Source: Acidobacteriota bacterium
Lineage (GTDB): Bacteria; Acidobacteriota; Vicinamibacteria; Vicinamibacterales; SCN-69-37
Direction: 5' to 3'
Assembly: GCA_044507065.1 (NCBI GenBank)
Contig: JBIQJY010000008.1
Span: forward strand, 4,441-68,440
DNA: 64,000 bases
A program made the position numbers and the translations under genes. Numbering within the stretch: position 1 is the stretch's first letter; every line of letters starts with the position of its first letter. A model generated the notes under the pieces. The model was not told where the DNA came from and searched no databases. It saw nothing but the letters and a program-made list of their open reading frames with translations. Below are positions 18,106 to 27,901 of this stretch, one piece after another.

Positions 18106-18918
18106 ATGCCCAAGACCCTTCTTCTCGCCGACGACAGTGTCACGATTCAGCGCGTCATCGAGCTGACGTTCGCGAATGAGGACGTTCGCGTCGTGTCGGT
18201 CGGCGACGGCCGCCGCGCCGTGGAGTGGTTCGAGGGTGACACGCCCGACATCGTCCTCGCCGACGTCGATGTGCCGGAGGTCGACGGCTACGCCCTGGCC
18301 GAGTTCGTGAAACAGTCGCCGCGGCTCCGTCACGTGCCGGTCCTGCTGCTGGCCGGGGCGTTCGAACCCGTCGACGAGGATCGGGCGGCGGCCGCCGGCT
18401 GCGACGGCGTGCTGGTGAAACCCTTCGAGCCGCAGCAACTGGTCACCCGCGTCAAGGCCCTGCTCGACCGCGTGGCCGAGCCTGCAATGGCCGGCGCCGC
18501 TGCCGATTCACATTCTCAGATGGACCGCCACTCGCCTTCCTCCTTTCCGCTGTCGGCCCAGGCCGGACCAGGCTTCAATACATTTGCCGAGCCCGAGCCG
18601 CTCGAGCCGCCGAGTCGCCCCGTCTGGGAACTGGGCCTCCCGGATCCCGTTTCGACGCAGCCGGCGGCGAAACCGGCGCAGGCCGCCGCGCCAGCGCCGC
18701 CCAAGGTGACGCTGGTCAACGCCTTCTCGGCGCTGCTGGCCGCCGAACAGACGAGCGGCGCCGCCGCGCCCGCCCAGGTGGCCGAGGCGACCGTGGAAGA
18801 CGCGGTCCGCCGCGTGCTGGTCCGCATGACCGACGACCTCGTCCGGCGCATCGTCCTCGAGACCGCCGAACGACTGATCAAGGAAGAGATCGAGAAGATC
18901 AAGGCGAATCCGGAGTAA
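18106..18918 (+). CDS. response regulator: receiver + Pro/Ala-rich linker + short charged C-terminal helix
   Basis: Receiver (LLLADDSVTIQ..DIVLADVDVPEVDG..VLVKPF). Low-complexity linker. C-terminal VRRIVLETAERLIKEEIEKIK. Confidence 0.8.
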   Translation: MPKTLLLADDSVTIQRVIELTFANEDVRVVSVGDGRRAVEWFEGDTPDIVLADVDVPEVDGYALAEFVKQSPRLRHVPVLLLAGAFEPVDEDRAAAAGCDGVLVKPFEPQQLVTRVKALLDRVAEPAMAGAAADSHSQMDRHSPSSFPLSAQAGPGFNTFAEPEPLEPPSRPVWELGLPDPVSTQPAAKPAQAAAPAPPKVTLVNAFSALLAAEQTSGAAAPAQVAEATVEDAVRRVLVRMTDDLVRRIVLETAERLIKEEIEKIKANPE

Positions 18919-19003
18919 AGTTCTTCCTGGATTCGTACGGCCCGCGCGCAACGCGCTGGCCGGTCGCGGGCGTTCGGACGCCCGCAGACGGTCTTGTCGA
19001 TTC

Positions 19004-21559
19004 ATGTCACTGATTCCAGAAAAACCCGCGCTCGAAGGCCTCGAAGACAAGTGGAAACCCCGGTGGGAGGCCGACGGCACCTACCGGTTCCGGCGCGATG
19101 CGCCCCGCGAGGCCGTGTACTCGATCGACACGCCGCCGCCGACGGTGAGCGGGTCGTTGCACGTCGGCCACGTATTTTCGTACACGCACACGGATATCGT
19201 CGCGCGCTTCCAGCGGATGCGCGGCAAGTCGGTGTTCTATCCCATGGGGTGGGATGACAACGGCCTGCCGACCGAGCGGCGTGTGCAGAACTACTACGGC
19301 GTGCGCTGCGACCCGGCCATGCCGTACGACCCGTCGTTCACGTCGCCGTTCGATGCGGCGGCTGGCCGGCCGGCCAAGTCGGGCGCGTCGCCCGTGTCCA
19401 TCTCGCGGCCCAACTTCGTCGAGCTCTGCGTGCGACTGACGCACGAGGACGAGCGGGCCTTCGAGCACCTGTGGCGGTACCTCGGCCTGTCGGTGGACTG
19501 GTCGCTCACCTACACGACGATTGGTCCCGAAGCGCAGCGCGTCTCGCAGCGGTCGTTCCTGCGTCTGCTCGAGAGCGACGCCGTCTATCAACTCGAGGCG
19601 CCCACGCTGTGGGATGTCGACTTCCGCACGGCCGTTGCCCAGGCCGAACTGGAAGATCGCGAGATGAACGGCGCCTACCATCGCCTGCGCTTCGCGCACG
19701 CGGATGGGGCCGGTGGGGTCGAGATCGACACGACGCGCCCGGAACTGCTGCCAGCCTGCGTCGCCCTCGTGGCGCATCCCGACGATGAGCGGTACAAGCC
19801 GCTCTTTGGCGGCCACGTCCTGACACCGCTGTTTGGCGTGCCGGTGCCCGTCCTGCCGCACGCGCTGGCGGACCCGGAAAAGGGCACGGGCATCGCGATG
19901 ATCTGCACGTTCGGCGACCTGACCGACGTCATCTGGTGGCGCGAGTTGTCACTGCCGGTTCGCGCGATCATCCAGGCCAACGGCACGCTGCGCCCGGTCG
20001 AATGGGGCAGCCCGGGCTGGGAATCACGCGACGCCGCTGCGGCGGCGCGTCACTACGCGGGGCTCGCGGGCCTGTCGGCTTCGAAGGCGCAGGCGCGCAT
20101 CGTGGAACTGCTGCGCGAGTCCGGCGAGCTCATCGGCGAGCCGCGCCCGATTACGCACCACGTGAAGTTCTTCGAGAAGGGGGACCGGCCGCTCGAGATC
20201 GTCACGAGCCGTCAATGGTTCATCCGCACCATCGCCCACAAGGCGCCGCTGCTCGAACGCGGGCGGGAGCTCAACTGGGTGCCGCCGCACATGGTGTCGC
20301 GCTACGAGAACTGGGTGAATGGCCTGAACGGCGACTGGTGCGTCAGCCGCCAGCGGTTCTTCGGTGTGCCGTTCCCGATTTGGTACAAGGTTCGCGCGGA
20401 CGGGACCACGGACTTCGACGCGCGTATCGTGCCGGCCGAGGACCGGCTGCCCATCGACCCGTCGACCGATGTGCCCGACGGCTACCAGGCGGACCAGCGC
20501 GGCCGTCCGGGCGGTTTCGTGGCCGATGCCGACGTGATGGACACCTGGGCCACCTCGTCGCTGACCCCGCAGATCGTCTGCGGCTGGGGGCGCGACGAGG
20601 CGCTCTATCGCCAGACGTTTCCGATGGACCTGCGTCCGCAGGCGCACGACATCATCCGGACGTGGTTGTTCTCGACCGTGCTCCGATCGCACCTCGAGGC
20701 CGACGTGCTGCCGTGGGCAAACGTGTCGATCTCGGGCTGGGTGCTCGATCCCGATCGCAAGAAGATGTCGAAGTCCAAGGGCAACGTCGTCACGCCGATG
20801 GCACTGCTCGAGGAGCACGGTGCCGACGCGGTGCGCTACTGGGCGGCACGCGGCGGGCCTGGTGTCGACACGGCGTTCGAACCCGGGCAGATGAAGGTGG
20901 GCCGGCGGCTGGCCGTCAAGCTGCTCAACGCGTCCAGGTTCGTCCTGTCGAAATCCACGCCCGTCGGCGAGGTGACCGAGCCGGTCGACCGGGGGATGCT
21001 GCAGCGGCTCGAGGGTGTGATCGAGTCGGTGACGCGCCACCTCGAGGAGTACGACTACGCGGCCGCGCTGCGGGAAATCGAAGAGTTCTTCTGGTGGTTC
21101 TGCGACGACTACATCGAGCTCGTCAAGCGGCGTCGCGCCGGTGAGGATGCGGCGGCCGCGTCGGCGGCAACAGCCGGCAGTGCGGCGCTCGCGGTGCTGC
21201 TGCGACTGTTCGCACCGTTCCTGCCGTTCGTCACCGAAGAGGTCTGGTCCTGGTCCCAGTCTGGTTCGGTGCATCGGGCGCCGTGGCCGACAGGTGCCGA
21301 CCTGCCGTCGACCGGCGCGGATCGGTCGGCCGTCGAGTTCAGCGAGGCCGCCTCGCTCGTGACGGCCGGCATTCGTCAGGCACGATCGGGCCTCAAGCTG
21401 GGCTTCAGCATTCCGGTGAAGGTCGTCATGCAGGTGCCCGTTGCGCAGGTGGTGTGGGACGCCGTCCGGAGCGACGTGCTCGCCGGCAACAACGTGGCCG
21501 CGGCCGAGGTCACCTGCGGAGCGCCCGAATTGACTGTCGAGATGTCGGCCAATGCCTGA
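19004..21559 (+). CDS. valS: valine--tRNA ligase
   Basis: Class I HVGH (SGSLHVGHVFSYTHTD) and KMSKS (KKMSKSKGN) motifs. Length and editing-domain layout fit ValRS. Confidence 0.9.
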   Translation: MSLIPEKPALEGLEDKWKPRWEADGTYRFRRDAPREAVYSIDTPPPTVSGSLHVGHVFSYTHTDIVARFQRMRGKSVFYPMGWDDNGLPTERRVQNYYGVRCDPAMPYDPSFTSPFDAAAGRPAKSGASPVSISRPNFVELCVRLTHEDERAFEHLWRYLGLSVDWSLTYTTIGPEAQRVSQRSFLRLLESDAVYQLEAPTLWDVDFRTAVAQAELEDREMNGAYHRLRFAHADGAGGVEIDTTRPELLPACVALVAHPDDERYKPLFGGHVLTPLFGVPVPVLPHALADPEKGTGIAMICTFGDLTDVIWWRELSLPVRAIIQANGTLRPVEWGSPGWESRDAAAAARHYAGLAGLSASKAQARIVELLRESGELIGEPRPITHHVKFFEKGDRPLEIVTSRQWFIRTIAHKAPLLERGRELNWVPPHMVSRYENWVNGLNGDWCVSRQRFFGVPFPIWYKVRADGTTDFDARIVPAEDRLPIDPSTDVPDGYQADQRGRPGGFVADADVMDTWATSSLTPQIVCGWGRDEALYRQTFPMDLRPQAHDIIRTWLFSTVLRSHLEADVLPWANVSISGWVLDPDRKKMSKSKGNVVTPMALLEEHGADAVRYWAARGGPGVDTAFEPGQMKVGRRLAVKLLNASRFVLSKSTPVGEVTEPVDRGMLQRLEGVIESVTRHLEEYDYAAALREIEEFFWWFCDDYIELVKRRRAGEDAAAASAATAGSAALAVLLRLFAPFLPFVTEEVWSWSQSGSVHRAPWPTGADLPSTGADRSAVEFSEAASLVTAGIRQARSGLKLGFSIPVKVVMQVPVAQVVWDAVRSDVLAGNNVAAAEVTCGAPELTVEMSANA

Positions 21560-22388
21560 GCCACTGCGGCCGGAGGGCTGGCGCGATCTCGTACGGCTCG
21601 CGCTCGCCGAGGACCTGGGACCGGGCGACGTCACCTCGCAGGCGATTGTTCCCGCGGACCGCACGGCGGAGGGTGTGTTCGTCGCGAAGGCGGATCTCGT
21701 GCTGGCGGGGTTCGACGTCGCGCGGGAGGTGTTCGTCCAGGTCGATCCGTCCATCGTGTGGACCCCCGCCTGTCGCGACGGCGATCGCTGCCAGCCGGGC
21801 CGCCACCTCGGTACGGTCCGTGGCACGGCGCGCGGCCTGCTGGCGGCCGAGCGCACGGCGCTCAACCTGTTGCAGCATCTGTCGGGCATCGCCACGTCGA
21901 CGCGCGCCTTCGTCGACGCGGCGCGGCCGCTGAACGTGCTCGACACGCGCAAGACGCTCCCCGGCCTGCGGGCGCTGGAAAAGTACGCCGTCGTCTGCGG
22001 CGGCGGGCGGAACCACCGGACCGGGCTGTTCGACGCCGTGCTCATCAAGGACAACCACATCCGTGTCGCCGGCGGTATCCATGCGGCTGTCAGTCGGGTG
22101 CGCGACGCCGGCGCACCGGGTCCCATCGAGGTGGAGACGCAGTCGCTCGAGCAGGTGGACGAGGCGATTGCGGCCGGCGCCGACATCATCATGCTCGACA
22201 ATCTCGACGACGCGGCGACAGCGGCGGCCATCGGCCGCATTGCCGGACGCGCGCGGGTGGAACTGTCGGGCAACATGACGCTCGACCGCGTGAAGCGCCT
22301 GGCAGCCAGCGGCGCCGACGACGTGTCGGTTGGTGCACTGACGCATTCGGCGCCGGCAGCCGACATCAGCCTCGAAATTGCGGTGTGA
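21552..22388 (+). CDS. nadC: nicotinate-nucleotide diphosphorylase (carboxylating)
   Basis: DTRKTLPGLRALEKYAVVCGGGRNHRTGLFDAVLIKDNH..IMLDN. The start overlaps the end of valS. Confidence 0.92.
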   Translation: MPEPLRPEGWRDLVRLALAEDLGPGDVTSQAIVPADRTAEGVFVAKADLVLAGFDVAREVFVQVDPSIVWTPACRDGDRCQPGRHLGTVRGTARGLLAAERTALNLLQHLSGIATSTRAFVDAARPLNVLDTRKTLPGLRALEKYAVVCGGGRNHRTGLFDAVLIKDNHIRVAGGIHAAVSRVRDAGAPGPIEVETQSLEQVDEAIAAGADIIMLDNLDDAATAAAIGRIAGRARVELSGNMTLDRVKRLAASGADDVSVGALTHSAPAADISLEIAV

Positions 22389-22395
22389 GGCCGCG

Positions 22396-23211
22396 ATGTT
22401 CGATGCGCTGCCCGACGAACTGGCCCACGCGCTGACGACCGCCGCGCCCCGACTGGGACCGTACGGTGACGTCCGGTACTGCGCTGAGGTGGAGTCGACC
22501 AACGACGTCGCGTTGTCGGTTGCCGCGGCGGGTGCGGCCGAAGGCGTCTCGGTGATTGCCGATGCCCAGCGTCGAGGCCGCGGGCGCCGGGGGCAGGGGT
22601 GGTTCTCGCCGCCGGAAGCCGGCATCTACCTGTCGGTCATCGTGCGTCCCGACGCCGCGCATGGGCTCGTCCCCATGCTCACGATTGGGGCCGGTGTTGC
22701 CGTCGCCGAGGCGGTGGAAGTCGTTTCCGCGCTCCCGGTCGAGCTGAAGTGGCCCAACGACCTCGTGATCGGCCGTCCCTGGCGGAAGCTGGGCGGCGTG
22801 CTCGCCGAGGCCGTCAGCACGGGCGCGCGGCTCGACGCCGTGGTGGTGGGCGTCGGCATCAACATCCGGAACACGGCGTTTCCGCCGGAGCTTGCCGGCC
22901 GGGCGACGTCGATCGAAACGGAACTCGGCCGCGGCATCGATCGCGGCCTGCTCGTGGTGGAACTGCTGGCGCGGCTCCGGGCGATGATGGCGCACGTGCG
23001 TTCCGGCGATCACGCCTCCGTGGCGTCGCGGTGGCGACGTCTTGCCGCGTCGGGACTCGATGCGTCCGTGCAGTGGGCCGGTCCGCAAGGTGTGCGCCGC
23101 GGCGTCGCACGCGACATTGCCGATGACGGGGCCCTGCTCGTGGAGGCCGGGGGACATCTCGAGCGGATTGTCGGCGGTCCGGTGACGTGGGAAGGGTTGT
23201 CGGTTGAGTGA
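22396..23211 (+). CDS. birA: biotin--[acetyl-CoA-carboxylase] ligase
   Basis: GRGRRGQGWFSPPEAGIYLSV and LKWPNDL motifs. ATG 22396 in ORF 22378..23211. Confidence 0.88.
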   Translation: MFDALPDELAHALTTAAPRLGPYGDVRYCAEVESTNDVALSVAAAGAAEGVSVIADAQRRGRGRRGQGWFSPPEAGIYLSVIVRPDAAHGLVPMLTIGAGVAVAEAVEVVSALPVELKWPNDLVIGRPWRKLGGVLAEAVSTGARLDAVVVGVGINIRNTAFPPELAGRATSIETELGRGIDRGLLVVELLARLRAMMAHVRSGDHASVASRWRRLAASGLDASVQWAGPQGVRRGVARDIADDGALLVEAGGHLERIVGGPVTWEGLSVE

Positions 23212-23965
23212 GGAACGGTTGGACGACGCGGCGGCGGCACTCGACATCGGCGAGTACTGTCGCAGCGTGGAGGCGCACCTCGCGCGCGTCAACGAGGGAC
23301 AGCTCGTGCGCATCGCGGGCACGTCGTTCGAGCTGGTGCGCGGGTGGGCGCTCGAGGGCATTCCTCTCGCGATCGTCTACCGCGGCATCGAGCAGAAGGC
23401 CGAGCGTCATCGCGCCGGCCGATCGAAGCGTCCGCTCAGGCTCGAGTTCTGTGAACACGACGTGCGCGCGCTCTACGATGATTGGCGTCGCGCCGTAGGT
23501 GTATCGGTCGCGGGGCCCGGCGAGGCATCGGAGGACGTGGGCCCTGTGATCGAGGAACGACGCCGCCCGTCGGCCGGCCGTCAACTCGACCGCGCCATGA
23601 CGAAGCTGGCGGCGGCTGCGGGCCGGCTCGACGCACCCGACACCCTGCGCGACGCGCTGTCGGCGATTCTCGAGGAACTCGCGTCGACACGCGAGCGGTT
23701 GCGTCATGCGCGGGGCGAGACTCGGCGAACCCTCCTGGCTCGGGTTGCCGATATCGATCGCGCCATCGGGGATGCGGCGAGGCGAGCGGCTGACCCGGCG
23801 ATGGCGGACGTCGAGGCCGAGGCGGCGCGTGAGCTCGCAGCCTTCCGCGCGCGGCTGTCACCCGCGGCATGGCAGCGCAGCGTGGATGCCGCCGTCGATC
23901 GGCTGCTGCGCGAACGGTTCGGACTGCCGGCAATCGACATGGCCGCGGACGTCCTCGAGTCGTAA
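23204..23965 (+). CDS. hypothetical helical protein, translationally coupled to birA
   Basis: 253-codon ORF with protein-like composition, overlapping the birA stop by 8 nt (TTG start; start uncertain). No family recognised. Confidence 0.55.
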   Translation: MSEERLDDAAAALDIGEYCRSVEAHLARVNEGQLVRIAGTSFELVRGWALEGIPLAIVYRGIEQKAERHRAGRSKRPLRLEFCEHDVRALYDDWRRAVGVSVAGPGEASEDVGPVIEERRRPSAGRQLDRAMTKLAAAAGRLDAPDTLRDALSAILEELASTRERLRHARGETRRTLLARVADIDRAIGDAARRAADPAMADVEAEAARELAAFRARLSPAAWQRSVDAAVDRLLRERFGLPAIDMAADVLES

Positions 23966-23977
23966 GGTCCCGACGTC

Positions 23978-25249
23978 ATGGCCCCGCTTCTCACGCTGTC
24001 GATCGAGCGCGCCGTCGCTGGCGGGCGCATGCTGGCCCGCCACGACGGGCGTGTCGTCCTTGTCTCGGGCGCGATCCCGGGCGAGCGGGTCACCGCACGC
24101 CTCGAGAGAGTGTCGCGGCAGGTGGCATTCGCGGCGACCGCCGAGGTGCTCGAGCCGAGTCCGTCGCGGCGCGATCCCATCTGCGATCCCGCCTGCGGCG
24201 GGTCGGTGTACGCGCACATCGCGATCGAGCGCCAGCGCGAGCTGAAGGCCGACATCCTCGACGATGTGTTCCGGAGGATTGGTCGGCTGTCGCTGCCGAA
24301 CCCGATCAGTGTGGCGGCATCCCCAGAGTCCGGCTATCGCCTCCGCGGGCGCCTGCACGTGCGCGATCGCCGCGTCGGGTTCTTCCGGGAGCGGTCGCAT
24401 CGCTTGTGCGATGCACGCGCGACGCAGCAGTTCCTGCCCGAGGTGGTGCCGGCGGTTGCCAGCCTGATCGACAGCCTGGGGTCCGCTGCCGACAATTGCG
24501 AGGCAGTGCTCGTGGCCGAGAATGTCGCGGCCACGCAGCGCGTGTGCCACCTCGAGGCGGGGGAGCGACAGCTCGTCCTGCCGGAAGCGACGTGGACATT
24601 GCCGGACGGAGTCACCGGCGTGACCACACGCTCGGGCGGCCGGCTCGTGGCGCACGCCGGACAGGGGCGCGTGACCGACAGTGCGCGCGATCTCTGCGGA
24701 AGCGACGCCGTCATTCCTGGTGACGCGTCGTGGACGAGGACGGCCGCGTCGTTCTTTCAGGGCAACCGTTACCTCACGGGCGCGTTACTGACGCGCGTGC
24801 TCGATCGGGTGCACGGCTCGCGCGTGCTGGACCTGTATGCGGGGGTCGGATTGTTCACCGTCGCCCTGGCCGCCCGCGGGGCGGCCGTCACTGCGGTGGA
24901 AGGCGACGCGACGAGCGTCGCCGACATGGAGATCAACGTCAATCGACTTGGCGCGCCGGTTGTCGTCCGGGAACTGGCGGTCGAGGCGGCGGTGATAACG
25001 GCCGGTGTCGGTCAGTTCGACACCGTGGTCCTGGATCCACCGAGGACGGGTGTCTCGCCCGACGCGCTTTCGGGCGTCGTCGGCCTGGAGGGCGCGCGCA
25101 TCGTGTACGTCTCCTGCGATCCGGCCACGCTGGCGCGTGACGCCGCCCGGCTGACGGCGCAGGGCTACCGACTCGAGGCGATCGAAGCGTTCGACCTGTT
25201 CCCGAACACCGCGCACGTCGAGACGCTGGCCGTCTTCGACCGCGTGTAG
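23978..25249 (+). CDS. TrmA/RlmD-family class I SAM-dependent RNA (uracil-C5) methyltransferase
   Basis: TRAM-like N-terminus, FFQGNRYL, VLDLYAGVGLFTVALA, DPPRTG and VYVSCDPATLARD. Confidence 0.85.
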   Translation: MAPLLTLSIERAVAGGRMLARHDGRVVLVSGAIPGERVTARLERVSRQVAFAATAEVLEPSPSRRDPICDPACGGSVYAHIAIERQRELKADILDDVFRRIGRLSLPNPISVAASPESGYRLRGRLHVRDRRVGFFRERSHRLCDARATQQFLPEVVPAVASLIDSLGSAADNCEAVLVAENVAATQRVCHLEAGERQLVLPEATWTLPDGVTGVTTRSGGRLVAHAGQGRVTDSARDLCGSDAVIPGDASWTRTAASFFQGNRYLTGALLTRVLDRVHGSRVLDLYAGVGLFTVALAARGAAVTAVEGDATSVADMEINVNRLGAPVVVRELAVEAAVITAGVGQFDTVVLDPPRTGVSPDALSGVVGLEGARIVYVSCDPATLARDAARLTAQGYRLEAIEAFDLFPNTAHVETLAVFDRV

Positions 25250-25283
25250 GGGTTCTCGCTGGCGCGTGTCGCGCCGGCAGCTG

Positions 25284-27293
25284 TCACATTCGCGCGGGCA
25301 CGGTGCATCCCATCAGATCGAGGGCGACGGTGAGCTGGCGATGTACGTAGACCACGGCCGCCGCACGCCAGAGCCGCGCATCGTCGCGTTCCTCCCGAAG
25401 GATGGGCTGACGATGATAGAAGGCGTTGAACGACTGCGCCAGGCCGAACGCGTATTTCGCCAGGAGCGACAGCTCGAGCGAACGGACGGCGGCATCCACG
25501 ACTTCGTCGAGTCGCGAGGCCTCGAGCACGAGGCCCCACAGTTGATCGGCGGCCTCGCCGGCGTCGAGCGTCTCGCGCGGTGCCTCGGGCAGCCGCGCGA
25601 GCACACTGGCGGAGTCGAGCTGGTGGCGCTCCCCGAGCTTGGCGAGGATGTTGGCGCCGCGAACGGCCGCGTACTGGATGTAGGGTCCGGTCTCGCCCTC
25701 GAAGCTCAACGCCTCGTCGATGTCGAAGGCGATGACCTTGTTGCGCGTGAACTTGATCAGAAAGTACCGCACGGCGGCCACCGCGATGGCTTCGGCGGTG
25801 CGACGACAGTCGTCGGCCGGCATGTCGGCGTTGCGCGAGGCGACTTCGGCTGTGGCGGTCTCGATGAGGCGGTCGAGCAGATCGTCGGCCTTCACGCCGA
25901 GTCCCTTGCGACCCGACACCTCGACGAACGGCTTGCCCTCGCTCTCGCGGTCTTGATAACCGAGGGCGCGCGCGGTCGCGTGCGACAGGGCCACCATCTC
26001 GTATGAGAAGTGCGTGGATCGGTCCGCCTGTTCCTGGAAACCCATCGCCGCGAGGGCCTGCTTGAGCAACTGCTGCAGGTAGGCCTGTCGCGTGTCGATG
26101 ACGTTGTAGACCGCCTCGGCGCGCCCGAATGCGGGGGCGTCTGGCGCCGTGGGCATCGACGTCGTGGCCCAGAGTGGGTGCCCATCCGGCCGCGTGTCGA
26201 AGATCCGGTAGTTGAAGTCCTTGCCCAGCAGGCCGAACTTCCAGAACTGGTTGGCGATGTCCTTGCCGACGTAGGTCACCGTGCCATTCGACCGCACGAT
26301 CACCTTCTCGCGCGTTTCCTCTTCGGCATCGGCATCCCCATCCGCGTCCGCATCGGCGGGATCCGGGCTGCCATCGTCGATCGTCATGACCCAGCATCCG
26401 GCCAGCCGCCCCTCGGACTGCAGGAACACCGAGCCGCGCGCCTTGAGCTGTTCGAAGGCCGTTGCCCAGAAGTGGAGGCGCAGGATATCGCCCTCCCAGG
26501 TGAGGAGGTCGTAGTCGACGTTCATCCGGGCCATCGTGCGCAGATGGCAGCGGACGATGCGGTCGGCGACGAAGGCGGCCATGTCGGCGTAGGGATTGCC
26601 GCCGTGTTCGATGGCGTGCAGCACCTGCTGGCGCGTGGCGAGCCGTTCCTTGTCGCCGGCATACCACTCTGTGACCCTGGCGTAGAGATCCCAGCAGTAG
26701 TAGTCGAACGACGGTGAGGCGGCATCGGCGAGTGCCTGAACCGAGGCGAGATCCCGTCCCTCGATCGACGTGAAGCCGACGACCACGTCGGCCACCTGCA
26801 CGCCGGTATCGTCGATGTAGTTCTGCACTTCGACCGGTCGGCCCTGGAAGCGCAGCAGCCGCACGAGCGTATCGCCAAGCGCCGAGTTGCGCAGGTGCCC
26901 GATGTGGGCGGCCTTGTTCGGATTGATGGCCGTGTGCTCGACGATGACCTTGCCGTCGGATGTGGTCGCGGAAGTGCGGGTCGGCGCGAGCCAGCGCTGC
27001 AGCCAGGCGGATCGGTCCAGGTAGAAATTGAGGTACCCGTTGGGTGCCGCGTCAATCCGCGCGACGCCGTCGATCGAGCCGATGGCGTCCGCAATCTCCC
27101 GGGCAATGACACGTGGGGCCTTGCGCAGCCGGCGGGCGAGTTCGAACGCCACGGGAATGGCGAGATCCCCGAGGGCGCGGTTGGGCGGCGTCTCGATCAC
27201 GATCGACGGCTGGTCGGCCGGGGCAATCTCGAAGCGGGAACTGAGCGTGCGCGCGAGGACGGAGCGAATGGTTGCGTGAACCGGCAGAATCAT
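25284..27293 (-). CDS. argS: arginine--tRNA ligase
   Basis: HTAINPNKAAHIGHLRNSALGD (HIGH) and the anticodon-binding C-terminus ending ..GCTVPARM. ATG 27293 overlaps the mobA stop (ATGA). Contains an acidic insertion (DPADADADGDADAEEE). Confidence 0.92.
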   Translation of the reverse strand: MILPVHATIRSVLARTLSSRFEIAPADQPSIVIETPPNRALGDLAIPVAFELARRLRKAPRVIAREIADAIGSIDGVARIDAAPNGYLNFYLDRSAWLQRWLAPTRTSATTSDGKVIVEHTAINPNKAAHIGHLRNSALGDTLVRLLRFQGRPVEVQNYIDDTGVQVADVVVGFTSIEGRDLASVQALADAASPSFDYYCWDLYARVTEWYAGDKERLATRQQVLHAIEHGGNPYADMAAFVADRIVRCHLRTMARMNVDYDLLTWEGDILRLHFWATAFEQLKARGSVFLQSEGRLAGCWVMTIDDGSPDPADADADGDADAEEETREKVIVRSNGTVTYVGKDIANQFWKFGLLGKDFNYRIFDTRPDGHPLWATTSMPTAPDAPAFGRAEAVYNVIDTRQAYLQQLLKQALAAMGFQEQADRSTHFSYEMVALSHATARALGYQDRESEGKPFVEVSGRKGLGVKADDLLDRLIETATAEVASRNADMPADDCRRTAEAIAVAAVRYFLIKFTRNKVIAFDIDEALSFEGETGPYIQYAAVRGANILAKLGERHQLDSASVLARLPEAPRETLDAGEAADQLWGLVLEASRLDEVVDAAVRSLELSLLAKYAFGLAQSFNAFYHRQPILREERDDARLWRAAAVVYVHRQLTVALDLMGCTVPARM

Positions 27294-27892
27294 GCGGATC
27301 GGTATTGTACTCGGGCGTAGTCGTCGGGCGTGTTGATGTTGGCCAGCAGGCGATCGGCCCGCCCGAATCGGTTGAGTTCGGGTGGGCCGAGAACGGCCAT
27401 GTCGAGCACCTCGGCCAGACCCGACGCCCGTCGCTGGCCGGCCTGGATGTAGGCCGCGACGCGATCGCGAACCGCCGTACGGTAGCAGGCCACGAGCGGC
27501 TCGACGCCGCGCGCGGTTTGCACCCAGGCCCCGTCGCGGTCGGCGGAGAGCTCCACGAGGCGCGTCAGCAGGTCGGCCGTCAGGAGGGGCAGGTCGCAGG
27601 CGATGACGATCACGTACTCGTGCGCGGGAGCCGCCGCGTGCAGCGCGGCGTCGATGCCGCCCACGGCGCCGATGCCCGGGACGCGGTCGGGAATGGCGGT
27701 GACCGGCTGGTCCCGATAACGGTCCGGCTGGTGCGTGACGACGAACAGGGTCGAGGCGACACGTTGCAGGATCTCGACCTGTCGAACGATGATGGTGCGC
27801 CCTTCGACGACGAGGTGGCTCTTGTCCTGACCGCCGAACCGACGGGCACCTCCGCCCGCCACGATGGCGGCAGCCGTCGTCGATGCGCACAT
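27290..27892 (-). CDS. mobA: molybdenum cofactor guanylyltransferase
   Basis: AAIVAGGGARRFGGQDKSHL..IPDRVPGIGAVGGI..VIACDLP. ATG 27892 (alternative 27916) inside ORF 27290..28384. Confidence 0.85.
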   Translation of the reverse strand: MCASTTAAAIVAGGGARRFGGQDKSHLVVEGRTIIVRQVEILQRVASTLFVVTHQPDRYRDQPVTAIPDRVPGIGAVGGIDAALHAAAPAHEYVIVIACDLPLLTADLLTRLVELSADRDGAWVQTARGVEPLVACYRTAVRDRVAAYIQAGQRRASGLAEVLDMAVLGPPELNRFGRADRLLANINTPDDYARVQYRSA

Positions 27893-27901
27893 GAGCCCAT
27901 C

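Noticed and set aside
26290-26350. Acidic repetitive insertion in ArgRS (DPADADADGDADAEEE, repeated gcatc-type units on the plus strand).
   Set aside because: In-frame low-complexity surface insertion inside an otherwise normal synthetase. Not a repeat element or separate feature.
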